DNA of 64,000 bases from Patellaria atrata CBS 101060 (GCA_010093705.1 MU006118.1:16859-80858); one strand, 5' to 3'. Shown: positions 37,552 through 50,146, counted from the stretch's first letter. The notes: generated by a model not told the origin, from the letters alone. Numbers and translations are program-made.

Positions 37552-39536
37552 ATGTCACTCTCGCTAAGAACACTTCTCCTTTTGGGAACTAGTGCAGCTA
37601 CCATCACCGCTCAAGGGACTCACGCTTCCGCCGCCGCCGCTGCTGCTGCTGGTCCATCGTCTTCTTCAGCAGCACACTCAGGTTCAACTTCAGGCTCACA
37701 GGCTGGTGGCCAACATGGAGCTGGTCATAATGAGCCTCCAGGTCCCGCAGACTTCATCAACATTGATGTTCAGCATCATCTTGGTTGGCTCTGGGTAGCA
37801 CTGTGTGGCAGCTTTCTAATCTACCATGCCATTGTCAGGAGCGTTCACTACATCCGCAAGATTGCTTGTCTAAATAACGAGACTCAACGGTACTTTGCCA
37901 ACCCGAATGTTGCCTATGGACGCTTCAAACGACACTTTAGTGAGGCACCACTCTTCCGAACTCGTCATCATAGGGAATTCAAGCTCTCCTCTGCTCTTAA
38001 TGTCGGCACTCTACCAAGCCGATTTCAGACTTTGCTCATCTGTGCTTATTTTGGTGTGAACGTTGCTTTCTGCGTCTACAACATCGACTATGCCAATGAC
38101 TCGAAGACTGTACTCAAGGAGCTTCGCAATCGGACTGGTGTTCTCTCCGTTATCAATATGGTCCCACTATTTCTATTCGCGCACCGTAACAATCCACTAA
38201 TCAATTTCTGCGGCGTGTCCTTTGACACATTCAATCTTATGCATAGGTGGCTTGGCAGAATATCGGTGCTCGAGGCTATTGCTCACACTTGCTGCTATTG
38301 TATCAATAAGGTCAACACAAGTATGTCTATGTATTCTCAACCTTCAAGGTATAACAGCTAACATCAATTTTAGTGGGTTGGGCTGGTCTTCAAAAATCGC
38401 TCACTACCCACCTATCAACTCCTCAGACTGGGTTGATTGCAACCTGTGCTTTCGTTGCGATCCTTTTCACCTCTCCTTCAATTGTACGCCATGCATTCTA
38501 TGAAGCGTTCCTTCACTTCCATATCGCTATGGCGGCGCTTGCCCTTGCGATCCTCTGGCTGCATCTCAAAGATCTCGAATCCCAAAAGGTACTTATCATC
38601 GTAATCGCTTTTTGGCTAACTGAGCGATCAATCCGCATCTGCCACATTGTGTACCGAAACTTCGGCTCAAGTTCCACCAAAGCAGATGTTGAAGTCCTTC
38701 CCGGAGATGCTCTCCGTGTGACTCTTCGCATGGCCCGCCCATGGAAGTTCCGACCTGGCCAACACGTCTACCTCTACATTCCCCATATCGGTTGGTGGAC
38801 TTCCCATCCCTTCTCCCTTGCCTGGTCCGATAGTGAAGCGCATTCCCCTGTGGTATCATCCGAAGATTTACCCGTCGATATTGAGAAGAGCGGTGCTATC
38901 ACCCCCGTTGTGCAACATGATGTTCTTGGTTTGCCCACCAAAACCAGCATGTCTCTCATTATCCGCCGTCGGACAGGTTTCACCGAAAAGCTTTACCGCA
39001 AGGCCCAGAATGCAGCATCTGGCCGCTTCACCACTACCGCTATCGTCGAAGGTCCATACGGGAAAGAGAACCTCCACTCGTACGGTACCGTCCTACTCTT
39101 CGCCGCCGGCGTCGGAATCACTCATCAAGTCCCCCACGTCCGTGATCTTGTCGTCTCCTTCTCCAACAGCACATCAGCCACTCGTAAAGTCGTGCTCGTC
39201 TGGATTATTCAAAGCCCAGAGCATCTCGAGTGGATCCGACCTTGGATGACCACCATCCTCTCTCTTCCCCAACGTCGCGACGTTCTCAAGATTCTTCTTT
39301 TCGTTACCAGACCAAGGAGCACGAAGGAGATCCACTCCCCGAGCAGCAGCGTCCAAATGTTCCCAGGCAAGCCCAACGTCACCGCCCTCGTCGAGGCCGA
39401 GGCAGATGCCCAAGTTGGCGCCATGGCGGTCTCGGTGTGCGGGACCGGAAGTCTGGCGGACGACGTAAGAAAAGCCACGCGGGGCGTCATGAGCAGACGG
39501 AATGTGGACTTTGTGGAAAATGCGTTCAGTTGGTGA
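37552..39536 (+). CDS. Ferric/cupric reductase-like transmembrane oxidoreductase (FRE/NOX superfamily)
   Basis: Signal peptide, intron 38321-38373, heme His motifs (HRWLGR..AH; H..F.HFH), FAD motif HPFS, PGQH, EGPYG, AGVGIT and terminal VCG..ENAFSW. Confidence 0.93.
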
Positions 39537-41887
39537 TCTCAGAAAGGTGGTTAACGGGATCCTATAGCGGATGGGTTTGTTTTATCTAAGCACGGCGGGG
39601 TGTCATTTTTTGCGTCCATGTTTTGGGTAGGAGGCGTCTATTAATATCCATATATGAAACACTGGGCGAGGGCGAGTCATGAGCTGCATTTTCGAACATT
39701 GAGTATCGAGAGGTATCGAGAATACGAAGAACGCAGGTCCAACTATCATCTGGGTTTACTCTCCTTCAGCATTTCGCTTCTTCAACTTTCCTTCAGTGTA
39801 GAAATTCTAGAAATTAGGTTTGTACCAGTGCGGAATAACTGGTTTCTATGGGACACTGATGTATTTGTATATAGAAATCCTTTTTGGGAACGAAAATCAG
39901 TTGTCCTGAGACGATGAAATGAGAAATTGTGTTTTTGTTATAGCTTTTTATTTGTTCTATCCTTGATACTTTTGTCTTAAAGAAACACTCATGCACAGCT
40001 TGTGACCGAAGGGAATCACCTTTTGAAATATGACTCTTAAGAAAATGAAAGTCTTTTACAGCAAAATACCGTCGCTTTGATAAGTCCCAGTCGGAACACA
40101 GCCTCCCTTTCCTTCTATTTGGGAAAACACGCCAGTACTTTGTTTATAGAATGAAAAGAAAGCGCCATTAGTGCGGTAGAACTAAAAATCGGAGAAACAA
40201 TTTGGGAAAGAAAAAATTTTTTTAGGAATAAGTAAACACCATTACTTTTTACTTCTACTTCATTCAAATTCAGATGCCGTCAAAACACACGTCTCACACC
40301 TCGCTTCTGCACCTCAAAGCTCCCGCATCTCGCCTCCAAACACCGATACTGTAACTTGCAGCCAACACACACTTTTGTAATAACTTTAACAGCCTTTGAT
40401 GCAGCGGGATCCACCACACTGCCGACACCATTCCAGGGTCGAGGTAAGATGAACTCCGTAGGTAAAGGAGTTTGAAAATGTTTGTTGACATCATAGGATA
40501 ATCGCCTTCGCTGAATTTGGACACGATGGAGTTGAAAATGTAGAGATGGGGACCCGTTGCGTTGATGTTTGTACTTTGTAACTTGGTAGGGCAAGGGAAG
40601 ACCCCTTGTGGTGTAGTGTCGTGCAGCGGGTATTTCCTTTCGCTGGGTTTGTATTTTGCCAGTGGAGAGGAGATCAACCATACGTCCATGATTTTTTTTA
40701 TTTTTTATTTTTTTTGGTTCCATTTTCAGTTGGAGTGGAAAAGCTATTTCTCGCTTTTCAATTGGGAAACCTAGAATTTGTTTCATAGAATGATTTGGCC
40801 TCCAGTTTTCCTTTTGTTTTTGTTTTTGTGTTTTGTTTTTGGTGGAGGAAACGTTTTTGTTTCCATTGATGGTCAGTATTCGAGGAGGATGGAGTAGAGG
40901 TAGTCCGCTTCAAGAAGAACTTGACGGTTGGGACTTGTTTGATTGATACCTTTAATTCCACGACGGTGGGTAATGCAGTTCGATTCGGTGAGTTGGAGAT
41001 TCCCGTCGTTGATTGAACATTCAGCTTCCAGGTTCCATGACGTTGGATATCTGTTTTGATCGATATGTTTCGACTCATCCAATTAAGAACCCAGAATTGA
41101 TTTGGCAGAGAGTTGCAGTAGGCCATAGTAAGGCCCCAGTAGGAGATCTAACCTTTGCAATTTACGGAGTACTGTACACCTTGACAGCATCATTATCCAG
41201 GGTACTCTCTTGTTTTGTTGTGCAAGTCGAGTTGCTTGAGTGGGACTTGCAAAGCTTACGGAAAGCTTAGGAGTAGTTCTACAAGGTTTCTTAAGTTGAT
41301 ATTGTCGTGATATTTTCGAGAGCAGCTGCTTAGAGAGTACTCCGTAGAGCCATCTCAAATGGTTATTTTAATTTTGATTTTTGCCCTGCAGCAATTTGTA
41401 GTCTCCGGAAGTGGTTCATATCCTAGAGATGCCGTCGTGGAGGTCTTTCCTTTTGTTTCCTCTTTTTTGAGGTTAAGGTTCAGGCTGTATTCAAGCAACG
41501 ATAGAACAGAAGTAGTTCTAGCTGGCTCCGTAACCTTTCCTGGTTATACCTCCGATAAGATGGAAACTCTAGGCTGAACAGTGAGACAATCAATAGATTG
41601 CGATCTAGTTCTAGATCAAGACGAGGTTGCTCATATCAAAAGGATTCAAGGACAGATTCGAGCGTCACGATCGTGTGTATTCCTTTAGCGATGGAGCGAC
41701 AGTTAACCTTCGGAAGCGAATGCTACTGACGCAAAAGAGTTGTAAAGCAATCCATGGCCGCCTAGATCCTCCATTTTGACCAATTAAGCTCCATGCCAGC
41801 TTGTTCAAGTGACTTTAAGGTTTACAGTGCTGGCTTAAAGCTAATTGCCAGAATGGGCAGTCTACGAGAACAGTTGTAAGTAGGTTG

Positions 41888-42259
41888 TCCGTCACTAAGG
41901 AAAGCATCAGTTGCCTTGATTTTACTCATGATATCGAGCAGCTGTGCGTAAGATAGTCCGTTACTAAGTANNNNNNNNNNNNNNNNNNNNNNNNNNNNNN
42001 NNNNNNNNNNNNNNNNNNNNNNNNNNNNNNNNNNNNNNNNNNNNNNNNNNNNNNNNNNNNNNNNNNNNNNATGATATCGAGCAGCTGTGCGTAAGATAGT
42101 CCGTTACTAAGTAAATCCTCAGTTACCTTACGCGACATGGAGGACAGTTATGAATGTGGGTAATCCGTCACTAAGGGATATTTAAGTTGACACACTCCCT
42201 GTTGTCAAAAGCAGCCGTGGTCAAGTCGGTCCGATACTAAGGGAAGCCTTAGTCACCTT
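41888..42259. repeat. Degenerate array of 30-bp repeats with 64-69 bp period
   Basis: Copies start at 41888, 41957/42100, 42164 and 42230. Consensus is TCCGTCACTAAGGRAAGCCTCAGTTRCCTT. Confidence 0.8.
41971..42070. other. Assembly gap (100 N) with identical 43-bp flanks
   Basis: 41928-41970 is identical to 42071-42113. Confidence 0.97.
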
Positions 42260-43501
42260 TATCGTGACATCCAAATCCCAAGTTGAGGAGGGGGTAAAGT
42301 TCTTTGAAATTCTTCAGCATGCTTGCAATGATCACCATTTGCACGTTTTTCAAATTCCTTTTAATATGATTGAACCTTGGTTGGATGTCGTGGCTGTAAA
42401 CGTCGTCGGCATGAATGAAAACCTGGAGTCGATGGCCGTGCCAAAATAGTACATTAACAGCTTTAACGATGTCTACATTGGATTTATGTGGAGAAAAGCT
42501 GGAGAAGCTGGTCCATAGGGCGGTAAAGTATTTTCTGGTTTGAATAAATTGTGCCTTTTCCTAAAATGCCAGTCTGGATTCGACAATAATAAGCAGATGA
42601 ATTACAGTAGAGGACATAAGCTCGGCGTTATTAACTTATAACGGGAAGTCAAACAAGGCTCAAGCTCAGGCTCAGGCTCAGGCTCGCACCACTGCTTTGC
42701 TTCTAACCCAGTATGATCGATTCGGCTATACACAATAACGCAAAGTGCTCAGGAGTGAGACCTTGCATTTTGTGGGGAAGCCTGTCTCTCGCCAGTCGGA
42801 TAAATGGGCCACAATTCGAACAGTAGCATGTCATGCATGGGTGCCAGTCGATAATCCCTGAGACAAGCATCGGAGTATGCAGAGATCCTCAAGGAGTCAA
42901 ATAATGCTGAAGGTTCTCTCTTCCAAAACCCCCAAGCAAGTGCTTCCAGTTTGCACGTGAACCGTTGTCTATATTACGACATGCCCTCGTATATCGATCG
43001 GAGATTGTCAGATGGCATCTTCCTGAAGCGAGTATTTGGAATATCCGTTTGCGATTCTAGACTTGCTGCGGATTGGCTCATCGGATGCTTGAGAATGCAC
43101 TGGGGAATATAACGCCGTTTGTCCAATTTTTCATAGATTATTGTCAACCATCCCGTCAACCTGAGAGATTTTGCGGATGTGACCAGGCCCCTGTTTTGCA
43201 CGGCTACAGATCCAAGAGTGTGTGCTGATATACCGTTTCAGTGGCGTTATTCGAAGATCCTCTCACGGTAGATGTAAGCGTACGAACTCCGAGAATGTTC
43301 GGCACATAGAATCGTCCCACTATAGCAAATCCAATTACATAGCACCAGAATTCAACGATCGACCGTAAACCCGAGTTATAGATCTACTTAATCTCCTAGC
43401 CTAGCAGAAACGGAGCCAGAAAAACTTCCGTAAAGTGTGCCTTGCACTCAACCCAGCCCCAGATACGTCTCGTACATGCCTCACTGACCGACCCCTTGGA
43501 C

Positions 43502-46363
43502 CTAAGACGGTAACTCGCCGAGAGCTTTATCCGATTCTGAACCAGGTTCTTCGAGCTCATCCAACGTCAATAGCTCGGCCCAAGGTATCTGGTCAGGATG
43601 GTCCCTCGAACCGTGATCCCGGCCGTTGTCCGCGGCCGTATCAGCCGTACCGTGTACGGGCTGATTGCTCGGCACACTGTCGTTGGACATGGCCGGATCA
43701 ACGAGCGATTCAGGAGCAACCAGTATACGCTGCTCAGCGGGCTGCCTATGGTCCAAGGCTATCAACCAAGGATCGATGTTACTGTCGTCCGACGGATCGG
43801 CGAAAGTCATCGACTCACCCGGCACGGGTTGACAGACGTACGGATACTGGATTTTCAACAAGTTGGGATCAATCGTACCATCGTCTGGAGGGCCAACGGC
43901 TGACATCACCGCAGGGTAAAACTCATCCTGCTGTGGCACAGTCGTTGGAATACAAGGTAGACTGAAATCATCTCCAGCATTCAGATACTGCTCCGTAGAC
44001 AACGGATCGAGCTCTAGGTGGAAACCCGTTCCAAAGTCTTCCGACTGTAGCCAAGTCACTAGACCAGTGAACACGCCCGAACCGTGTCCACTGTTAGCGG
44101 TGTACTGTAGCTCAGGGAAGGGAGGGTACGGTTCAGAAGGGAGATTCCCGAAGACTTCCGGATAGGTCGAATATGAGCTACCGGCAGGTGGGATATCTGG
44201 GTACAGTGAGTCGGGCGGAGCGAGAGCGGACTGTTCCGCCGCCGCGACTCCATTGTCAGGGTACCCGGTGTAGTTGAATAGGGGGTTAGAGGGACTATTG
44301 CAGAAACCATTAAGGTCCTGCGATATAGCCAGTCCCTCTTGTTCCGTCCATATAAACTCAGCACCGTTCCCGATGGCTGTACTCCCATTGAGTCCTTCCT
44401 CGTACGCTGGTTGCGATGGAGTTGGGTCCTCTTCATCCTCCATCTTTGCATCCGGATATGGAGTAGGATCCGGAATAACTCCCAGCTGATTGATGCTGCT
44501 GGATGGGGCGAGACTGGACTCGTTATCCATACCAACCTCCACATAATCAGTGGAAGATACAATGGTCGGCTCCTGGAGAGCGGGGCTACACAGGGCGAGA
44601 ACGGACTGTTCCTCTGTCGTAGCATCAACCTTTGTGTCTTCCAATCCTGAATCCATATCCTCGTGCGATGGGCTTGGTGCGAGGAGACCGGACTGTTCCT
44701 GCACCTTGTTATCGCCTATGTCCGTCTCTGTGCTGGATGGGGCGAGAGCCATCTCAACATCAGGGTTTGGCTCAGTAGCCGTCGACTGGGTAGCAGCTGT
44801 CTGGAATGATGGGATGAGTACGGGCTCTACCTCCATCGTTTCACCGTGGTAGCTGGATGGGGCGGGATCGGACTGTTCCGCCATCTCAGCGTCGGGGTTT
44901 GGCTCGCTGGCTGTCGACTTGGCAGTAGGGCTTTGGAACGATGGGATAAGTACGAACTCTTTCTCCATCGCATCGCCGTGGTAGTTAGATAGGGCGAGAT
45001 CAGACTGTTCCGCCATCTCAGCATCGGGTTTGATGCACATACTACCAACGCTCGGGTGTTCGTGTGCTTCACTGTCAAAGGGAAGAGCAGACTGCTCTAA
45101 CATCACAGTGTCCTCCATACCAACCTCACCCGGTTCATCACACTCCATAATCTCCATTTCACCTTGACTACCTGGGACCAGAACCTCGGTAGATGGCTGT
45201 GACGACTCCGACAAAGGGACAGAAGCCGCCGATGAGGGGTGTCTTGATACAGCCCCTGGAGGAAGAGTTGGTCCTTCGGTAGGTTCGGTATCGTGTGGAC
45301 CTGGGGATGTGATGGTGACCGAGCTTGGTGTGACGGGAGGTGTTTCCGCAATCACCGATACACCTAAAGGGACCACCAGGGGCTTAGCCGGGACATTTTC
45401 CAATACTCTTTGGCTCCAGGTTGAATTTTCAAACAGGGAATGATACTGGATAGCCCCAGTGTCGTCTCTCTGTATAAAATTACTCCACTCCCTCTGGTGC
45501 GAGAGTCTACGGTCAACAGCATTACGGCAAGCATCGTACTGATCATAAGCAAACTCTTTGATCACCGAGAGGTCCATCTCCATTTGTCTCTCTGTCATCC
45601 TGAAATAGCACCCTTCCACTATGTGGAAAGCAAGGTCACGAGCTGCGGCCATTTGAGCTTGCATCGCTGGACTAAATTCGGGCCCGTATGCTTCACCATC
45701 GGCGTCACCGTCCTCTTCGTCATTTATCTCGACATTCGGAGGATCAAAACTGTGAGTCAGCCATACTGAGAAATTCCAAAGGGGACTGAGGATCCATGAT
45801 TGTTTTCCGCTGCGGATATCCTGCAATAGCGATTGGATTGCAGCGAAACAAAGCGGAAGGATCCAACGGCCAGAAAACCTTGCGACTTGCACGGAAATAG
45901 TGACAAATGCCCTGGCGATTGAGATTAGACGCACGAAGAACCCTATCAAGAGGTGCTGTAAATAGAACCATAATAGACCCAACGTTGCCATCAAGGAGAA
46001 GGTAATCCATTTAGAGTAAAGAGAGAGTCGATGCCCTGATACTATGGCCAGTATCAAGATTGCGGAAACCGTTGAAGTAGTGAGGGTCCAGAAATTGACG
46101 ATGCTTGTGTTGATATCATTGACCTTCCGCACCAGAAGTTGTCCGGTTGCTGCTACGGCACGTTTGAGGAATTCGTATTCAGTCTTGCTATAAAGAATAT
46201 AGAGGAGGGTGGCCAAGGGAGATATATAGAAAGATATGAGGTAACCACAGGTGTCGAGGATCATCCGCCAGTGAATTATTATTGTAGTTCCGGCTGGCGT
46301 ACTGGCGCAGAGTAGGAAGAACAGCATCTGCTGTAAGAAGACGTAGGGGACGACGTTAAACAT
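43502..46363 (-). CDS. Orphan 953-aa protein: hydrophobic N-terminal ~200 aa plus an acidic Pro/Ser-rich repetitive tail
   Basis: Uninterrupted 2862-bp ORF with internal ~44-aa repeats (PDAEMAEQSD..YHG..ME.E.VLIPSFQ...EPN). Confidence 0.8.
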   Translation of the reverse strand: MFNVVPYVFLQQMLFFLLCASTPAGTTIIIHWRMILDTCGYLISFYISPLATLLYILYSKTEYEFLKRAVAATGQLLVRKVNDINTSIVNFWTLTTSTVSAILILAIVSGHRLSLYSKWITFSLMATLGLLWFYLQHLLIGFFVRLISIARAFVTISVQVARFSGRWILPLCFAAIQSLLQDIRSGKQSWILSPLWNFSVWLTHSFDPPNVEINDEEDGDADGEAYGPEFSPAMQAQMAAARDLAFHIVEGCYFRMTERQMEMDLSVIKEFAYDQYDACRNAVDRRLSHQREWSNFIQRDDTGAIQYHSLFENSTWSQRVLENVPAKPLVVPLGVSVIAETPPVTPSSVTITSPGPHDTEPTEGPTLPPGAVSRHPSSAASVPLSESSQPSTEVLVPGSQGEMEIMECDEPGEVGMEDTVMLEQSALPFDSEAHEHPSVGSMCIKPDAEMAEQSDLALSNYHGDAMEKEFVLIPSFQSPTAKSTASEPNPDAEMAEQSDPAPSSYHGETMEVEPVLIPSFQTAATQSTATEPNPDVEMALAPSSTETDIGDNKVQEQSGLLAPSPSHEDMDSGLEDTKVDATTEEQSVLALCSPALQEPTIVSSTDYVEVGMDNESSLAPSSSINQLGVIPDPTPYPDAKMEDEEDPTPSQPAYEEGLNGSTAIGNGAEFIWTEQEGLAISQDLNGFCNSPSNPLFNYTGYPDNGVAAAEQSALAPPDSLYPDIPPAGSSYSTYPEVFGNLPSEPYPPFPELQYTANSGHGSGVFTGLVTWLQSEDFGTGFHLELDPLSTEQYLNAGDDFSLPCIPTTVPQQDEFYPAVMSAVGPPDDGTIDPNLLKIQYPYVCQPVPGESMTFADPSDDSNIDPWLIALDHRQPAEQRILVAPESLVDPAMSNDSVPSNQPVHGTADTAADNGRDHGSRDHPDQIPWAELLTLDELEEPGSESDKALGELPS

Positions 46364-48146
46364 CGTGGAAAAAAGAGATTCGATCTTTAGTGTTAAGTTT
46401 GCGTTTTACCGGGTGCGAGCTGCTTGAGATATTGGAGTCGTTATCTCTTGAAAAAGTTCGCTGTGGTAAAGTGTGGAGGAAGAAGATTCGGAAATAATTC
46501 GACTGTGGGTAAGATAAGCCGCAAGTTTTCTTTAGCGAGGGTCACAGGCAAACGCAGTGACGTGAAACTATTGAGCTTTATGTGTTGGGGACTGATGCAA
46601 AAGCACGTGAAGTTGTGAAGACTTGGAGCTCATGAGAATGGTTGCGGCTCAACAGAGGGCTCGGCGTCGCTTTTAGTCAAATATGTGCCGATTTATTGAG
46701 CTACTCAATACGATTGGAGTATGTAAAAACAGGCCGTTTGTATTACGCGTGTGGGCCTTGGAGGAGTGGCTCGACATATATGCACCTTTGTTTAATGAAC
46801 ACATACAAACTAAGAACAAGTGGAGCACGAGACTATGGTAGTAGATTAAGGAAATGAGAGATATTCTGGATGGTAACTCTTTGTTATAGAGCACAGTTTT
46901 CTATGATAGCTTGGTTTCCCGAAGTGTTGATGAGATGTAGTAGTACAACGCTCTGGGCTAATAAATGTAGGGTATGGTACCTCTCCTACGAACAAAGAAA
47001 TTATCCATGAGAGTGTACTGCTTTTATGTTCCATATAGATCGATATTGTCGACAACTCTATCCTCACAAATTCTCACATATCTTCTAATTTCCCGATCAC
47101 ATATAATAACCTAGGTGTTGAATGGGACAGAGTTCAAGAGGACATTAACGACATAATCTTGTTCGGTTACTACAAAATAGTAGGATGTTGATGAGTAGGG
47201 GATTTACATTGCTAAGGTTTTATTGGAAATTCTAGGTGAGTCGTCAATAGAGAGTTGTGCGACAATCGCCCAGCCAGACAAACAATCAAGAATGACCACA
47301 TCATGGCCTGTAAATGGGGGAATACTATCGCTAAGAGATCAAGAAACAATAGGTAGAAGTTTAGACTTATACAAAGGACTATTGTTCAGGTCTTTTACCT
47401 CCAATAGATGAAGTGAAACATTGTTGTAGCGAAGTACCTACGGTGTTCCGTTTCTACCTGCTGTTGAATCCTACCTTAAAACTTAGCAAGTAGCAAGTAT
47501 CAAGTCTTGCAGAGCAATTCTGCTTCTAATCAGGAGCTCGCCTCAAAATATAAAACGGTTGAATGTCTATTACTTGAAGATGAGAGTTAGAAAAGGGATG
47601 GTAAAGAGACGTCCGCCCTGAAAATCACGTCGATATCATGAAGAGTCGTCGTCGTTAAGTTTGTGCACGACAAGCTTACATGATCCACACCATCTCTCAG
47701 AACGGTTAGACTAGTAGAAGTGCAATAGTTCCGCATACCTAAGGTATGGTGCAGTTGAGGTGATGCGGCTGTTGCTTCCACTCTTTATTAACCCAACTCT
47801 CTCCCTCTCTCCGTTACTATACTATCTCCCAGTTTATATTCGCTGGACAAGCTACTATTAATTGTCGAGAACTACTCAGCATAATCTATCGCGCTATTAT
47901 TGATTGAACACGGGACCCTCATCTGGACCAGGATCTGCTTCGCGCTGCGACAACAAGTACGTCTCCCAACTTCACCAGTCTATACACTCCTTATTGTAGA
48001 ATTGTATGGACTTGCTAACTTGTATGGAGAATAACCCTCAGGCGAGCGAGCTCATACACTGTCGGAAAGAAATAGTTGGTCGACCTCCGACCAAGCCATT
48101 ACCATCGAGATAAACAATCCTCCGACATTCATACCAAGCTTCACAC

Positions 48147-49928
48147 ATGGACGATCCGAAAGGCCCTCTGGGTCCTCCTTATCTGAACAATGAAGACCCG
48201 CCTATGCCCACAGTAGTAGAAAGCACCGAAAATCGTGGACCAGCTGGAAGTGGCTCTCCTCTTTCTCCCTCCTCTCCCTCATCGCCATTATCAGGACGTG
48301 ACCGTGGCTCCACCAACACGTCTTCGCGATCTACCTCGTCTCGTCTACGGTCGGCATCATTGAAACTCCTCGAAGCTGATCCGCCACCTGGTATGTGGGC
48401 CGCAACGGCAAATGTAACCTGCAAGGCGCCTACACTTGGAGAGATACGGAAAGGAGCTTTCACGACAGAAGGTTGGAACGAGGAGGCGCAGGCAAGGGCA
48501 GAAAAGATGAGGAGGGAGAGAAAATCTAGCACAGGTGATGAAGATGCACCGGAGAGGGGGTGGCGGCGGAGACTTAGTAGGACGGGAAGTGGTAGTAGTG
48601 GTGTTGGTGGACTAAGAGGTATCAATTCTAGTATGATGGGAACGGAACCATTTCCGAAACTAGAAGAAGAAGAGGCGGATAGCACTCCAATGAAAAGCGA
48701 GGTAGGTAGGGAGGGAGGAACGTGCATATACCTTGACGGTCAGACATATGGAAAACCCTGGGATGAAAATGCTGGTGAAGCTTTTCAAGAAGCCAGTGGA
48801 GCGCCACCGAAGCCATTGGAGGAAAATGAACTTCCAGTTGTGCGTCTATCACGTCCAATTTCCTTTGCTAGTCGCTCTACAAAACTAGTACTAATATTAT
48901 CATATAGTACTCAAACGGTTATGTACCACCCCCAAAACTACCCTGGGCCACCTCGACCGCGATCGGTCTACGTGCTTTCTGGCACTGGTTCCTCACTATC
49001 CCCGGATTTCTAATCACACTATACGGTCTCAATATTGTAGCGTGGGGCGGGATGCTCTTCCTACTCCTCGTCGGCGCAGCGCCAGCTATGTGCCATCCAA
49101 GTTGTGAAGACATCAATTCCCCCCGACGCATCTGGCTCGAGATTGACTCTCAGATCCTCAATGCACTCTTCTGCGTCACCGGCTTCGGTCTGATCCCTTG
49201 GCGCTTCCGTGACTTGTACTGGCTGCTGATGTGGCGCACGGGGTTGTATGGCAAATCTGGTGGGCACGGCGAAGATGCAAAGAATGCCGCAAAGATCAAG
49301 GGCATGAGGCGCCTTGCTGGCATACATAGGAACTGGTTCCGTCTTCCATTCTCTGATACTCTTGACACACCATCCGCGAACCCGTATATTGGGCTGCCGC
49401 CGGAAGAAAATCCCGCGATTCCCCTCCCAGTTTCAAAGCGGCCGGATCCACCACCTACGGGCATCCGAGCTCCACCAACAGCTAAGTGGAAGATGGATTT
49501 CGTCGTCTGGAATAACGTCTGGAATACCTTCTTGCAAGGGGCACTGTGTGGTGTTATGTGGGGAATGAACCGGTACAATAGGCCGAGCTGGACGACCGGC
49601 TTCCTTATCGCAATTGCTTCTATAGTTGCTGGTGCAGCAGGGATTATGATGTATATTGAAGGTAAGGTCGTGGCCCTTATGTCTTTATATTTTTTTCAAA
49701 ATTATATCATTGACTAGTATGGTGGGACCTCACGCTAACTTTGTGTTAACAGGCAAGAACGTTAAAAGGGTCGAGGGTGTACCAATGGTTGGTAGACCAG
49801 GAGCTTCTAAGAGCGACGTTGAAAAAGGCGCCCCAGTCGCAAAAATAGAGAGGGAAGAAGCGGCGAAGGGGAAACAACAGATGGAGAACAAGAAACTGCA
49901 AGATACGGGGAGGAGCTTTGCAAGGTAA
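48147..49928 (+). CDS. Fungal integral membrane protein, DUF2985-like
   Basis: Introns ~48840-48907 and ~49662-49753. Motif LYGLNIVAWGGMLFLLL..AMCHPSC.DINSPRRIW.EIDSQILNALFCVTGFGL.PWRFRD. Confidence 0.85.
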
Positions 49929-50146
49929 ACATTAGAATATTGGTGCTTGGGCTACAATGTACATATTTTTATACCCTTGTGGTAATGCTTACGCGTGCGT
50001 GATGCAATGAGGTATCATCTTCCATTACGCATCAGAGTCTGTGAATTTATTCCTCTCTATGTTCATGGACATTCGTAAATTCAGCTTTCCATCCAATGCA
50101 CTCTTGTATAAGGTATAGAACACAATCAACCTCCGCTCCATCTCGG

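Noticed and set aside
1..39536. Starship element (NLR, ferric reductase and phospholipase nearby)
   Set aside because: There is no tyrosine-recombinase captain, and the intervening genes are core-like (CLU1 and others).
40280..41580. Short ORFs (including PQGVFPCP) as an RT or viral relic
   Set aside because: There is no coherent motif order; these are overlapping short ORFs in low-complexity T-rich DNA.
41888..42259. Calling the array a true CRISPR
   Set aside because: The context is eukaryotic, there are no cas genes, the repeats are degenerate and the intervals are partly homologous to each other.
42249..42560. Minus-strand frame with FIHADDV resembling an RT YADD motif beside the array
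   Set aside because: The frame has only ~104 codons and no upstream start. A PQG-like block (LPPYGPASP) appears only with a frameshift, and no other RT motifs are present, so it is likely chance. An HMM search with RVT_1 would settle it.
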